Positions 18,853 through 27,750 of a stretch of DNA of 32,000 bases are shown here, one piece after another. Under the pieces are notes generated by a model. That model saw only the letters and a program-made list of their open reading frames with translations. It was not told the origin of the DNA and searched no databases. Positions within the stretch are counted from its first letter, which is position 1, and each line of letters opens with the position of its first letter. The position numbers were made by a program, and so were the translations under genes. Origin of the DNA: Desulfocapsa sulfexigens DSM 10523 (GTDB taxonomy: Bacteria; Desulfobacterota; Desulfobulbia; Desulfobulbales; Desulfocapsaceae); the NCBI RefSeq assembly GCF_000341395.1, contig NC_020304.1:3810001-3842000 (forward strand), in the 5' to 3' direction.

Positions 18853-21447
18853 ATGACTGTTAACTCCAACCAGGATTCTACAAAGAGCTCTCCTTCGTTA
18901 AGCAGGCCACTTCTTTACCGCCTTATGATTCCCCTCAGCACTACAATTCTGCTGCTGGTCCTTGCCTTCACGACGGCCTTCCTCATGGTTCATCAGCAGG
19001 ATATGCAACGCTTCAACCAGCATATCATGACAGATGCAGGCCGTAGCCTAAAAATATCATTGATCAGAAACGCTCAGATGCTCAACTCCATGGAAGATAT
19101 TTTTCTTAAAGACAGATACCTGTACGAGGCACTTCAGGCTCAGGATCGTGAGCGCCTGCGCACTCTCTATGGTCCAATTTTCGAGAAACTCCACGAAAAG
19201 TATTCCATCACCCACTTTTACTTCCACCTTCCCAATCGCACGAACCTGCTTCGACTACATAAGCCGAATATGCATGGCGATCTGATTGATCGTTTTACCG
19301 CCCGTGAATCTGCACGAAGTGGCAAGACTGCCAGCGGGATTGAACTTGGTCCTTTGGGAACCTTCACCTTACGCGTTGTACAGCCGATCTATGTCGCCGA
19401 AACACTTATCGGCTATATAGAGCTTGGCCAGGAAATTGAAACATTACTGCAAGCTATCCACAGACGGTTGGGAGTTGAGATGGCGGTCACCATCCACAAA
19501 GATGCATTGGATCAGAAGCAATGGGAAGCAGGCATGAATATGCTCGGCAGGGAGGCGAACTGGAACAGGTACAGGGAGGAGGTGTTGATCTACCACTCCC
19601 TGCCTCATTTCTCATCCGAACTCGACCAGTTTGTCCACGGAAACAAAGACCATCGACACAACGAAATAACAAAAAAAATTCTGTTTGACAACAAATCGTG
19701 GCAAGTTTTATCCCATTCCCTGCAAGATGCTTCTGGTACTGATGTTGGTGATCTGATTGTCTTCCGGGATATAACAGATTCCCAGGAGGCATTTGTCCAA
19801 CTCGCTGCAATAACCGCAGCTATGGCACTGATCCTGCTCAGTGGATTATTTACCTTCTTCTATGTGATGCTCCGCCGCAGTGATAACAGCATCCAGGCTC
19901 AACATGCCAAACTGGTCGAAAGTGAGGGGCGGCATCGATCTCTGCTTGATGCCATTAACCGCTCCGGTATTTTTCTCTTCGTCGTTGATGGTGACTATCG
20001 GGTGCGATATATGAACGAGTCGATGAGGGAGACATTCGGTCAGGCCTCAGGAAAGCTCTGTTACCATGATGTTGCCGGTTATGAGACTCCCTGCTCCCAT
20101 TGCCGTTTAGAGGAAGTGATCGGGAGTCAGAAAACTGTTTACTACCATTCCACACTTGCAAATGGTCGTACTTTCAACATGATTGCAGTACCCTATGTGG
20201 ACACCGATGGAACTGCATGTAAACTGGAAGTAATGCAGGATATTACCAGGCAACGCCAGGTCGAAGATGAGAAAGAAATGCTTGAGCAAAAACTGCAGCG
20301 TGCTCAAAAAATGGAGGCAATTGGTCTCCTCGCGGGAGGAGTTGCTCATGACCTGAATAATATTCTCTCAGGAATCGTTGCTTATCCAGAATTGCTACTT
20401 TTGAAACTACCAGAGGACAGCGAACTGAGGAAACCTATTGCTGCAATCCAGGAATCGGGCAAACGGGCCGCTGCAGTGGTTGATGACCTCCTCACCGTAG
20501 CCAGAGGTGTAGCAAGAGTCAAGGAATCCTGCAATTTGAATCTGTTGATCCAAGAGTACCTCGATTCTCCTGAATACAAGGCTCTGAGATCATTGCACCC
20601 TCATGTGACATACAGACACCAATTAGAAGCATCACATCCTGTTCTTACCTGCTCACCAGTACACATCAAAAAAAGTCTCATGAACCTGGTCATCAACGCA
20701 ACAGAGGCTGTCACTGATGAGGGTAGCATAATTATATCCACCTCAAATCACTATATCGACGATGCTGCAGCGGATGCGCAAAACATGCGGGCAGGAGAAT
20801 ACCTTATTCTCGGAGTTCAGGACTCTGGTTCTGGTATCCCGGATAAGGATTTAATTCATATTTTTGAACCATTTTATACAAAAAAAGTGATGGGAAGAAG
20901 CGGTACAGGCCTTGGACTGGCAGTGGTCTGGAATACCGTGGAGGAGCACCAGGGGAAAATTTTCGTTGAAAGTGGTGAAAATGGGACACTTTTCCAGCTC
21001 TATTTTCCGGTGAGCAAAAAGGGGGAAATCACTCAAACCATGGACGCCCAGGCAGAAATTCTTACCGGCAACGGTGAACATGTGTTAGTTGTTGACGATG
21101 AACCTCACCTGCGAGACATTGCGAGCCAGATGTTACACTCTCTTGGTTATAACGTGGCATCAGTCTGTTCCGGTGAATTGGCAGTTCAGTTTGTCAAAGA
21201 AAAGCCCGTTGACCTTCTGGTGATAGATATGCTGATGGAACCGGGTATGAATGGACGGCAAACATACGAAGCAATACTGAAGCTCTACCCAGATCAGAAA
21301 GCCATTGTTGTTAGTGGATTTTCTGAAAGTGACGATGTGAAAACTACACTGCAGCTTGGTGCCAACGGTTTTATAAAGAAACCTTACACACTCGAGGACC
21401 TTGGTCGGGTGGTCCGGAGGGCATTCAATTGTTATAATACAGATTGA
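18853..21447 (+). CDS. Hybrid histidine kinase (N-terminal transmembrane/sensory domain, PAS, HisKA, HATPase, REC)
   Basis: TM segment near residues 24-48; PAS-like LLDAINRSGIFLFVVDGDYRVRYMN; H-box GGVAHDLNNILSGI; HATPase GSGTGLGLAVVWNTV; REC HVLVVDDEPHLRDIA...LLVIDMLMEPGMNG...VVSGFS...FIKKPY. Confidence 0.93.
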   Translation: MTVNSNQDSTKSSPSLSRPLLYRLMIPLSTTILLLVLAFTTAFLMVHQQDMQRFNQHIMTDAGRSLKISLIRNAQMLNSMEDIFLKDRYLYEALQAQDRERLRTLYGPIFEKLHEKYSITHFYFHLPNRTNLLRLHKPNMHGDLIDRFTARESARSGKTASGIELGPLGTFTLRVVQPIYVAETLIGYIELGQEIETLLQAIHRRLGVEMAVTIHKDALDQKQWEAGMNMLGREANWNRYREEVLIYHSLPHFSSELDQFVHGNKDHRHNEITKKILFDNKSWQVLSHSLQDASGTDVGDLIVFRDITDSQEAFVQLAAITAAMALILLSGLFTFFYVMLRRSDNSIQAQHAKLVESEGRHRSLLDAINRSGIFLFVVDGDYRVRYMNESMRETFGQASGKLCYHDVAGYETPCSHCRLEEVIGSQKTVYYHSTLANGRTFNMIAVPYVDTDGTACKLEVMQDITRQRQVEDEKEMLEQKLQRAQKMEAIGLLAGGVAHDLNNILSGIVAYPELLLLKLPEDSELRKPIAAIQESGKRAAAVVDDLLTVARGVARVKESCNLNLLIQEYLDSPEYKALRSLHPHVTYRHQLEASHPVLTCSPVHIKKSLMNLVINATEAVTDEGSIIISTSNHYIDDAAADAQNMRAGEYLILGVQDSGSGIPDKDLIHIFEPFYTKKVMGRSGTGLGLAVVWNTVEEHQGKIFVESGENGTLFQLYFPVSKKGEITQTMDAQAEILTGNGEHVLVVDDEPHLRDIASQMLHSLGYNVASVCSGELAVQFVKEKPVDLLVIDMLMEPGMNGRQTYEAILKLYPDQKAIVVSGFSESDDVKTTLQLGANGFIKKPYTLEDLGRVVRRAFNCYNTD

Positions 21448-21450
21448 CAT

Positions 21451-21483
21451 CTGGTAGCGAGGTGGGACTCGAACTAATGACCT
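21451..21483 (-). other. tRNA 3'-end-like fragment (candidate distal att repeat)
   Basis: ctggtagcgaggtgggactcgaactaatgacct closely resembles ctggtgggcgaggtgggattcgaacccacgacct at 25621..25654, the 3' end of tRNA-Arg, in the same orientation. Confidence 0.55.
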
Positions 21484-21986
21484 AACATACTGTTACAACT
21501 GGCTGCAAAATAGCCACACCCAAATGTAACGTTTATCGAAACTACTGCTCATTTTTCAGAGGGTATACTCTTCCCCTAAACAGGGGAGCAATATCATTAG
21601 GAATTTCCTCCCTAACTAGATCTGCATCTCACAAAAAATATCTTTGGAAATATTTTTACTTTGGCTTGCAGAAAACTTGCTACGTATATTCAGGAATAAG
21701 CTCAAATATCCGTTTCTCTCTCCACTGTTGACCTTAGCACTGGTAATCCTATTTGACTTTTCCCCGCCTCGTGTCATAGACTACATAAGATCGTAGCAAA
21801 GCTTTTACGATTTCTTCACTCCTCAAATCGCTTCTCAAGTTGAGATTGCCATAGCTCATGCACTCTATTTGCTTTTCCTTTCCTCAAGTGTTTAAATCAA
21901 GGAAAAGTTTTCCACTTGAAAGGAGCATTTTAATAACAAGTGAGTTTCCGAGCCTGTTTTTTTTCCATCTATGAGTCAGCACTGAA

Positions 21987-23024
21987 ATGAAATCTAATAA
22001 TTTTCTCGGGCAGAGTAAGCCTTGGGTTTTTATTCTATTCACCGTATGCCTGTTGATGGGTGGAGGGACGGCCTTCCAGTACCTGAGACCCGATGAAGTA
22101 GAAGTCATTCGGCCGCACCGTGGCTTAGCCGTGCAGGCCGTCTATGCGACCGGGACAGTGGAGGCGCTTTCCATGCTACCGATTTCCCCGCGCATCACCG
22201 CCCGCCTGATGGAGTTGCATGTTGATGAAGGTTCTACCGTAACAAAAGACCAGCTGCTTGCCCGGATGGAAGACAGAGACTTGCGCCAGAAGTTTGAGGA
22301 ATTACAGATCCATGAAGCATTCTTGAAGCAAGAATTTAAGCGTAAGCAAACCTTGCAGCAACAACATGCCATATCCAACTCAGAGTATGATCGCGCCCGG
22401 ACTGAATGGCAAGCCGCGAAGGCTGCTATGGACAAAGCCGCTACCGAATCCGATTTCATGAAGTTGATTGCCCCGGCAGATGGTCGCATTATTCGTCGTG
22501 ACGGGGAAGTCGGTCAGCTTATTCTCGTGAATCAACCTATATTCTGGCTTACCTGCTGCTCAGAGCTGCGTGTTTCCGCGGAAGTGGATGAAGAGGATAT
22601 TATTCTCGTACAGCCTGGACAAAAGGTCTTGATCCGTGCCGATGCATTTCCTGCCCAGACGTTTGAAGGAACGGTACAAAGCATAACGCCCAAGGGGGAT
22701 CCGGTGTCGCGCAGTTATCGTGTGCGTATTGGCCTCAGCGAAGAAACCCCGCTTATGATCGGAATGACCGCAGAAACCAATATCATCATCCGTGAAACGC
22801 CGAAAGCGCTGTTATTGCCTTCCGGTACGGTAGTGCAGGGAAAAGTATGGCTGGTTGAAGGGAATAAGCTCGTAAAGCGGACGGTTTCCGTCGGTACTCA
22901 AGGTCTCAAGGAAACGGAAATTCTCAACGGTATTGAAGCAGGTGATCTCATTGTCCTCAAGCCCAATATCGCACTGGAAGAAGGGGTAAAAATACGCGCC
23001 CGGATAGTCCAGCAGGAGCAATAG
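21987..23024 (+). CDS. HlyD/RND-type periplasmic adaptor of an ABC exporter
   Basis: VQAVYATGTVEALSMLPISPRITARLMELHVDEGSTVTKDQLLARM; coiled-coil hairpin; DGRIIRRDGEVGQLI; PQTFEGTVQSITPKGDPVSRSYRVRIGL. Confidence 0.9.
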   Translation: MKSNNFLGQSKPWVFILFTVCLLMGGGTAFQYLRPDEVEVIRPHRGLAVQAVYATGTVEALSMLPISPRITARLMELHVDEGSTVTKDQLLARMEDRDLRQKFEELQIHEAFLKQEFKRKQTLQQQHAISNSEYDRARTEWQAAKAAMDKAATESDFMKLIAPADGRIIRRDGEVGQLILVNQPIFWLTCCSELRVSAEVDEEDIILVQPGQKVLIRADAFPAQTFEGTVQSITPKGDPVSRSYRVRIGLSEETPLMIGMTAETNIIIRETPKALLLPSGTVVQGKVWLVEGNKLVKRTVSVGTQGLKETEILNGIEAGDLIVLKPNIALEEGVKIRARIVQQEQ

Positions 23025-23026
23025 TT

Positions 23027-24274
23027 ATGCGGCTGCTGGCACATATCGCCTTCAAGCATCTGCTTGCCCGCAGGCGGCAAAGTCTCGTTTCGTTGCTGGG
23101 TATAATACTGGGCGTGTCTTTTTTTCTTACGATTTCTTCTCTGATGCAGGGTTCGGAAAAAGAATTTATCAGGGTGCTGATAGATAACATGCCACATATT
23201 TTTATCACAGATACCTATCGCAATCCAAGCCTGCAGCCAGTCGAGCAGTTTTATGGCAGGAGTGGGGCAATTGAGGTGCGTAGCGTCAAACCCCTCACCG
23301 AAACTCGCGGCATTCGTGGTTTCGAGCAGATCGTCGATTACCTGCGCTCTATTCCTGGAATAAACGCTTCCCCCGTGCTTTCGGGGCAGGGCGTCTTGAG
23401 TTTTGCTGGCAAAAATATCGGTATCGTGCTCGATGGTATGATCCCTGAAGATATAAAGGATGTCGTCACCATCCAGGACTACATGATTTCCGGCAGTTTA
23501 AGCGATTTGATCGCAAACCCCAGCGGTATTATCCTTGGCAAGGAGTTGCTTCGGACATTCTCCCTAAAACGAGGTGATAACATCACTGTAACTGCTCCAA
23601 CCGGGCAAATACGGACCTTCAAAATTCTGGGAGTTTTCAATACCGGCAGGGCGGAATATGACCTGAACCATGGTTTTGTCTCGCTCAAACGTATGCAGGT
23701 ATTGATGGATCGTCCGCATCGGGCCAATACCATCATCGTTAAGCTGTCGGATCCTTACCGCGCCCGCGCCATTGCTGCCGATCTGGAAAATCGTATCGGC
23801 TATAAAAGCATATCATGGCAGGAATCATCGGAAGATCTGATGAGTACGCTCGCCATTCGTAATATCATCATGTACAGCGTTGTCAGTTCAGTGCTTATCG
23901 TTGCAGCATTTGGGATTTATAATGTCATTTCCACGGTGGTGATGGAGAAGCATCGCGATATCGCGATCCTCAAATCCATGGGCTTTCTTGCACGCGATAT
24001 CCAGCGGATTTTTGTCATACAGGGTTTTATCCTTGGGATTACCGGCAGTTTGCTTGGCCTGCCCCTTGGCAGCGCACTCATGTATGCTATTATGCAGATT
24101 GAGTTCAAGCCGCCGGGCAGCACGGAGCCCATCGTAATGCCGCTTGACTGGGGATGGATGCAATTTGCCATCGCCACTGGGTTCGCTCTGAGCGCGGCTC
24201 TTATCGCCGCATTTCTGCCCGCACGTAAAGGCGCTCGTGTTCAACCGGTCGATATCTTGCGGGGCGGCATATGA
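23027..24274 (+). CDS. ABC transporter permease, FtsX/LolC/MacB type
   Basis: N-terminal AFKHLLARRRQSLVSLLGIILGVSFF; C-terminal MEKHRDIAILKSMGFLARDIQRIFVIQGFILGITGSLLGLPLG and FLPARKGARVQPVDILRGG. Confidence 0.93.
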   Translation: MRLLAHIAFKHLLARRRQSLVSLLGIILGVSFFLTISSLMQGSEKEFIRVLIDNMPHIFITDTYRNPSLQPVEQFYGRSGAIEVRSVKPLTETRGIRGFEQIVDYLRSIPGINASPVLSGQGVLSFAGKNIGIVLDGMIPEDIKDVVTIQDYMISGSLSDLIANPSGIILGKELLRTFSLKRGDNITVTAPTGQIRTFKILGVFNTGRAEYDLNHGFVSLKRMQVLMDRPHRANTIIVKLSDPYRARAIAADLENRIGYKSISWQESSEDLMSTLAIRNIIMYSVVSSVLIVAAFGIYNVISTVVMEKHRDIAILKSMGFLARDIQRIFVIQGFILGITGSLLGLPLGSALMYAIMQIEFKPPGSTEPIVMPLDWGWMQFAIATGFALSAALIAAFLPARKGARVQPVDILRGGI

Positions 24275-24948
24275 GCGATATCGTAATAAAAACTGAGAAC
24301 ATTACACGCATACTTACCGGCGAGGTGCCGGTTACGCTGGTGGCAGACGCAGGTTTGGAGATTCGGCGCGGGGAGTTTGTGGTGATCACGGGACCATCCG
24401 GATCGGGGAAATCCTCATTGCTTTATCTGCTTGGACTGCTTGATACTCCAAGCAGCGGAACTATCTGGATGAATGGCGAGAACGTCTCTACCTATAGCGA
24501 GGACAGACTTGCCAAATTGCGCCTTGTAGACGTGGGCTTTGTCTTTCAATTTCATTTCCTGTTGCCGGAATTCTCAGCGCTGGAAAATGTAATGTTGCCC
24601 ATGCAGCGTCTAGGTGGGTTGCCCGATACCCAGGTTCGCACCCGTGCGGCATCCTTGCTCACAGATCTAGGGATTGAAAAACAGCAGAATAAACTGCCGC
24701 ACCAACTTTCCGGTGGCCAGAGCCAACGTGTTGCTATCGCCCGTGCAATGGCCAATAACCCGCAACTGATCCTTGCCGACGAACCGACCGGCAACCTCGA
24801 TTCAGCCTCAAGCGAGAATGTGGAGAATATCCTTAAAGATCTGGCGCACGAGTATAATCGCGCCGTAGCGGTCGTCACCCACGAAACCCGTATTGCCTCA
24901 GCTGCCGACCGTGTGATCACGATCGTTGATGGCAGGATTCATGTGTAA
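24271..24948 (+). CDS. ABC transporter ATP-binding protein, LolD/MacB-like
   Basis: [23 protein letters not shown]; [15 protein letters not shown]; [12 protein letters not shown]; ATGA overlap with the permease gene. Confidence 0.95.
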   Translation: MSDIVIKTENITRILTGEVPVTLVADAGLEIRRGEFVVITGPSGSGKSSLLYLLGLLDTPSSGTIWMNGENVSTYSEDRLAKLRLVDVGFVFQFHFLLPEFSALENVMLPMQRLGGLPDTQVRTRAASLLTDLGIEKQQNKLPHQLSGGQSQRVAIARAMANNPQLILADEPTGNLDSASSENVENILKDLAHEYNRAVAVVTHETRIASAADRVITIVDGRIHV

Positions 24949-25400
24949 ATAGCCAAATACGGCACTCTGGCTGCATAAAGGAAATAAAGTGTTTCCATCC
25001 ATCTGATGGCTTCGGTGTCGTTCACCTTGCCAAGATACCGTTGAGTCGTAGAAAGATCTGCGTGGCGCAACTCAATGTTCACGAGTTTACCTGCTTTCTT
25101 GACCATCGACCAAGCAGCAACATAAGAGATAGGGAATATTCTGTTATCCGAGTCAATATTGTTGTCTTTCGTATAGTCGTTTAACCTTACCAATAATTTC
25201 CGTGAAACATAAACTACTTCTCCCGGTCTCCCACTTTTCGGATTTTGGATGGTCAAATTTCTTTCTCTGATATCACATGGTCTGAGATTTAGAACTTCAC
25301 CGATCCTCATACCGCCCCTTGCCATAAACTCGACTATTAATCTGTTACGGATATTCATTGTCCGAAATATAATCTCATCAAAAAGGTAAATGCTGCACAA
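24939..25400 (-). pseudogene. Tyrosine recombinase (phage-type integrase) remnant: N-terminally truncated, internally deleted
   Basis: RLIVEFMARGGMRIGEVLNLRPCDI (Arg box I region), NPKSGRPGEVVYVSRKLLVRL, then LVNIELRHADLSTTQRYLGKVNDTEAIRW. The usual segment containing HxLRR is absent between LVNIELR and LRHADLSTTQRYLG. Confidence 0.8.
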
Positions 25401-25500
25401 AGCGGGTCGAAAAGCGGGTTACTTAAACAATCACATACTACAACAAACATATACGGCAGATTTCTTTACATATTTAACATCATGTTCGTGTCTTGCTCCG

Positions 25501-25531
25501 GCAGCTATCTCGCGTAGAAATAGCTGCTTTT
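25501..25531 (+). terminator. Intrinsic terminator-like hairpin
   Basis: GCAGCTAT (25501..25508) - 11-nt loop - ATAGCTGC (25520..25527) followed by TTTT. Confidence 0.6.
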
Positions 25532-25621
25532 AAAATTTAGCCTACCTTCCCAAAAGGGCGACATCGGGGCGACATCACAAAATATACCACCAACAGAACA
25601 GACATTACTAACTGATTTTAC

Positions 25622-25698
25622 TGGTGGGCGAGGTGGGATTCGAACCCACGACCTTCGGCTTCGGAGGCCGACACTCTATCCAACTGAGCTACCCGCCC
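25622..25698 (-). tRNA. tRNA-Arg, anticodon CCG (CCA encoded)
   Basis: Minus strand GGGCGGGTAGCTCAGTTGGATAGAGTGTCGGCCTCCGAAGCCGAAGGTCGTGGGTTCGAATCCCACCTCGCCCACCA: acceptor GGGCGGG/CTCGCCC, anticodon stem TCGGC/GCCGA with loop CTCCGAA, T-loop TTCGAAT. Confidence 0.96.
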
Positions 25699-25825
25699 TT
25701 GGGATAATCTATAGAATAAAAAAAGAAAACTCGTGTTGTCTCTATACCATCTGAATTTTTCCTACACCATCTTTTTCTCAACCCCCGATAAAAGAAAGTC
25801 TTAGGATGAGAAAATTTGACAGTTC

Positions 25826-26122
25826 TCACATCTTCTCAAGATACGCCTCCCATTCCAAAGGGAGCATACTCTTTTTTTTGGTATTACAGGCCTTACAACA
25901 GGGAACAAGGTTATCCTTTGTGCTCAGTCCTCCACGCGCAAGAGGTACCAGGTGATCCATGGTCAGGTCTTTAAAAGCAGATTGCTTTCCGCAGAAATAA
26001 CATTTTCCGGAAGACGTTTTCTGCTGCCACCACCTGGTTTTTCGAAGATCTCTGGCCTTCGCTCTCTCGGTACGGATTTGCGCATCATCAGGTGTGTCAA
26101 AATCAAAAAACTCCCTACTCAT
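25826..26122 (-). CDS. HNH endonuclease family protein
   Basis: CYFCGKQSAFKDLTMDHLVPLARGGLSTKDNLVPCCKACNTKKKS: HNH core with CxxC pairs. Start overlaps the folC stop. Confidence 0.9.
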   Translation of the reverse strand: MSREFFDFDTPDDAQIRTERAKARDLRKTRWWQQKTSSGKCYFCGKQSAFKDLTMDHLVPLARGGLSTKDNLVPCCKACNTKKKSMLPLEWEAYLEKM

Positions 26123-27450
26123 GCTACAAGTTCCCCAAGCAGAATTTTCCGTGCCGCTCCAACAAGATACAAAGAGCCAGCGACAAGTATCAAATCATCA
26201 TTAGCTGCCTGCGATTCAGCTGCGTAGAGAGCCTCTTCCACATTACCGCATAATTCACATCGCTCTCGCAGATGATCCGGGACATTACTCAGCAGTAACT
26301 CCGGTTCCGCCGATCGTTCTCCCTTCGGCCTCGTTAAAATAATGATATCAGCAAGAGGAGCCATTGGTGCTAAGGTTTTCTCTAAATCCTTATCGGCCAT
26401 TGCGCCCCATACAAGAATCAGTTTCCTGTAACTACATTCCGAGTTAAGCGTATGGAGAAGACTTTCTACACCGGCAGGATTATGAGCACCGTCGAGTAAA
26501 TATGAAACAGCATCAGCATCTCCATGACTCTGCAGCTCTTCTCTTGTTGTACGATTGAGGGAAAAATATTCGAGGCGCCCAGGCCACTTCACCTGGGCCA
26601 GCCCCTCTCGTATCTGGCTCTTGGAAAGAAAAAAGCCATCTTTTCTTAACAGTTCAACGACAGCAAGAGCAAGAGAGGCATTTTCAATCTGGTAATCACC
26701 TTTCATAGAACAGCGGAGCTTGTCATATGAGGCCCCTGAAAAGCCTTCCTTACCGTCCCACTTCCAGCTACCATCGTCCATGGGGGTTGCAGTAAAGGAA
26801 TCCCCAAAAAGAAAAAGCTCTGCACCTTTGTCATTACATACAGTGACAAGCTCTTGGAGTCCTGCCCCTGCTTTTACAGCAGACACAACAGGGACACCCT
26901 CTTTCACAATGCCTGCCTTCTCTCCTGCAACAGCCGATATGGTATTGCCGAGATACGCCTCATGATCCATGCTCACATTGGTAATGACTGAAACAAGGGG
27001 ATGGATAATGTTGGTTGCATCCAACCTGCCACCGAGTCCGGTTTCCAGAACAACCAGATCAAGGTCACTCTCTGCAAACCAGAGAAAGGCAAGGGCCGTT
27101 GTAAACTCAAAATAAGTGATCTTTTCATCACCCAGAATATCCTGTATTAAAGTAGCCAGCTCAGCAAACTTTTCTTCACTGATAAAGCTATTATTTATTC
27201 TGAATCGCTCCCTGACAGAACTGAGATGGGGCGAAGTATAGAGCCCCACCCGATACCCTGCGCCGGATAGAAGTGTTAGCAGGGTCATACTCACAGATCC
27301 CTTGCCATTGGTACCTGCGACATGAATTGTTTTCAAACTTCGTTCCGGGTTTCCGACTCTCCCCATAAAGGATTGCATGGCATCCAGACCAAGCTTGATT
27401 TTGTGAAACTGGAGACTGTCAAGGTAGTCCCATGCGAGCTGATAGTTCAT
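26119..27450 (-). CDS. folC: Bifunctional folylpolyglutamate synthase/dihydrofolate synthase
   Basis: TIHVAGTNGKGSVS; GLYTSPHLSSVRERF; ETGLGGRLDATNI; NVSMDHEAYLGNTISAVAGEKAGIVK; WPGRLEYF; LLDGAHNPAGVESL. Confidence 0.96.
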   Translation of the reverse strand: MNYQLAWDYLDSLQFHKIKLGLDAMQSFMGRVGNPERSLKTIHVAGTNGKGSVSMTLLTLLSGAGYRVGLYTSPHLSSVRERFRINNSFISEEKFAELATLIQDILGDEKITYFEFTTALAFLWFAESDLDLVVLETGLGGRLDATNIIHPLVSVITNVSMDHEAYLGNTISAVAGEKAGIVKEGVPVVSAVKAGAGLQELVTVCNDKGAELFLFGDSFTATPMDDGSWKWDGKEGFSGASYDKLRCSMKGDYQIENASLALAVVELLRKDGFFLSKSQIREGLAQVKWPGRLEYFSLNRTTREELQSHGDADAVSYLLDGAHNPAGVESLLHTLNSECSYRKLILVWGAMADKDLEKTLAPMAPLADIIILTRPKGERSAEPELLLSNVPDHLRERCELCGNVEEALYAAESQAANDDLILVAGSLYLVGAARKILLGELVA

Positions 27451-27750
27451 AGTATTTTGAATTTTGAGAAATTATATATCTATATCAAAGTAATTATCTC
27501 TACATTTACAACTTTAATTTTTTTATTTTGGCTACCTACCAAGAGCAACATCCACAAACGTAACATGCTGTAATAATGACAATATACATAATTTCAATTC
27601 AAGTATTTCTTAAAGAAAAACCAGCAATACGGCCACCTGAACGATTTTTGAGCAGATTCCTGGATTGTGCTTGAAGATTTCCCAAGAAGAAATTGATCTA
27701 CGAAGCAACACTCAGACACAATACCATCAAGATGATAAGGTGTTATCTTT

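Noticed and set aside
21451-21530. Second complete tRNA gene
   Set aside because: Only the 3' 33 nt are tRNA-like; the anticodon arm, D arm and 5' acceptor strand are not present.
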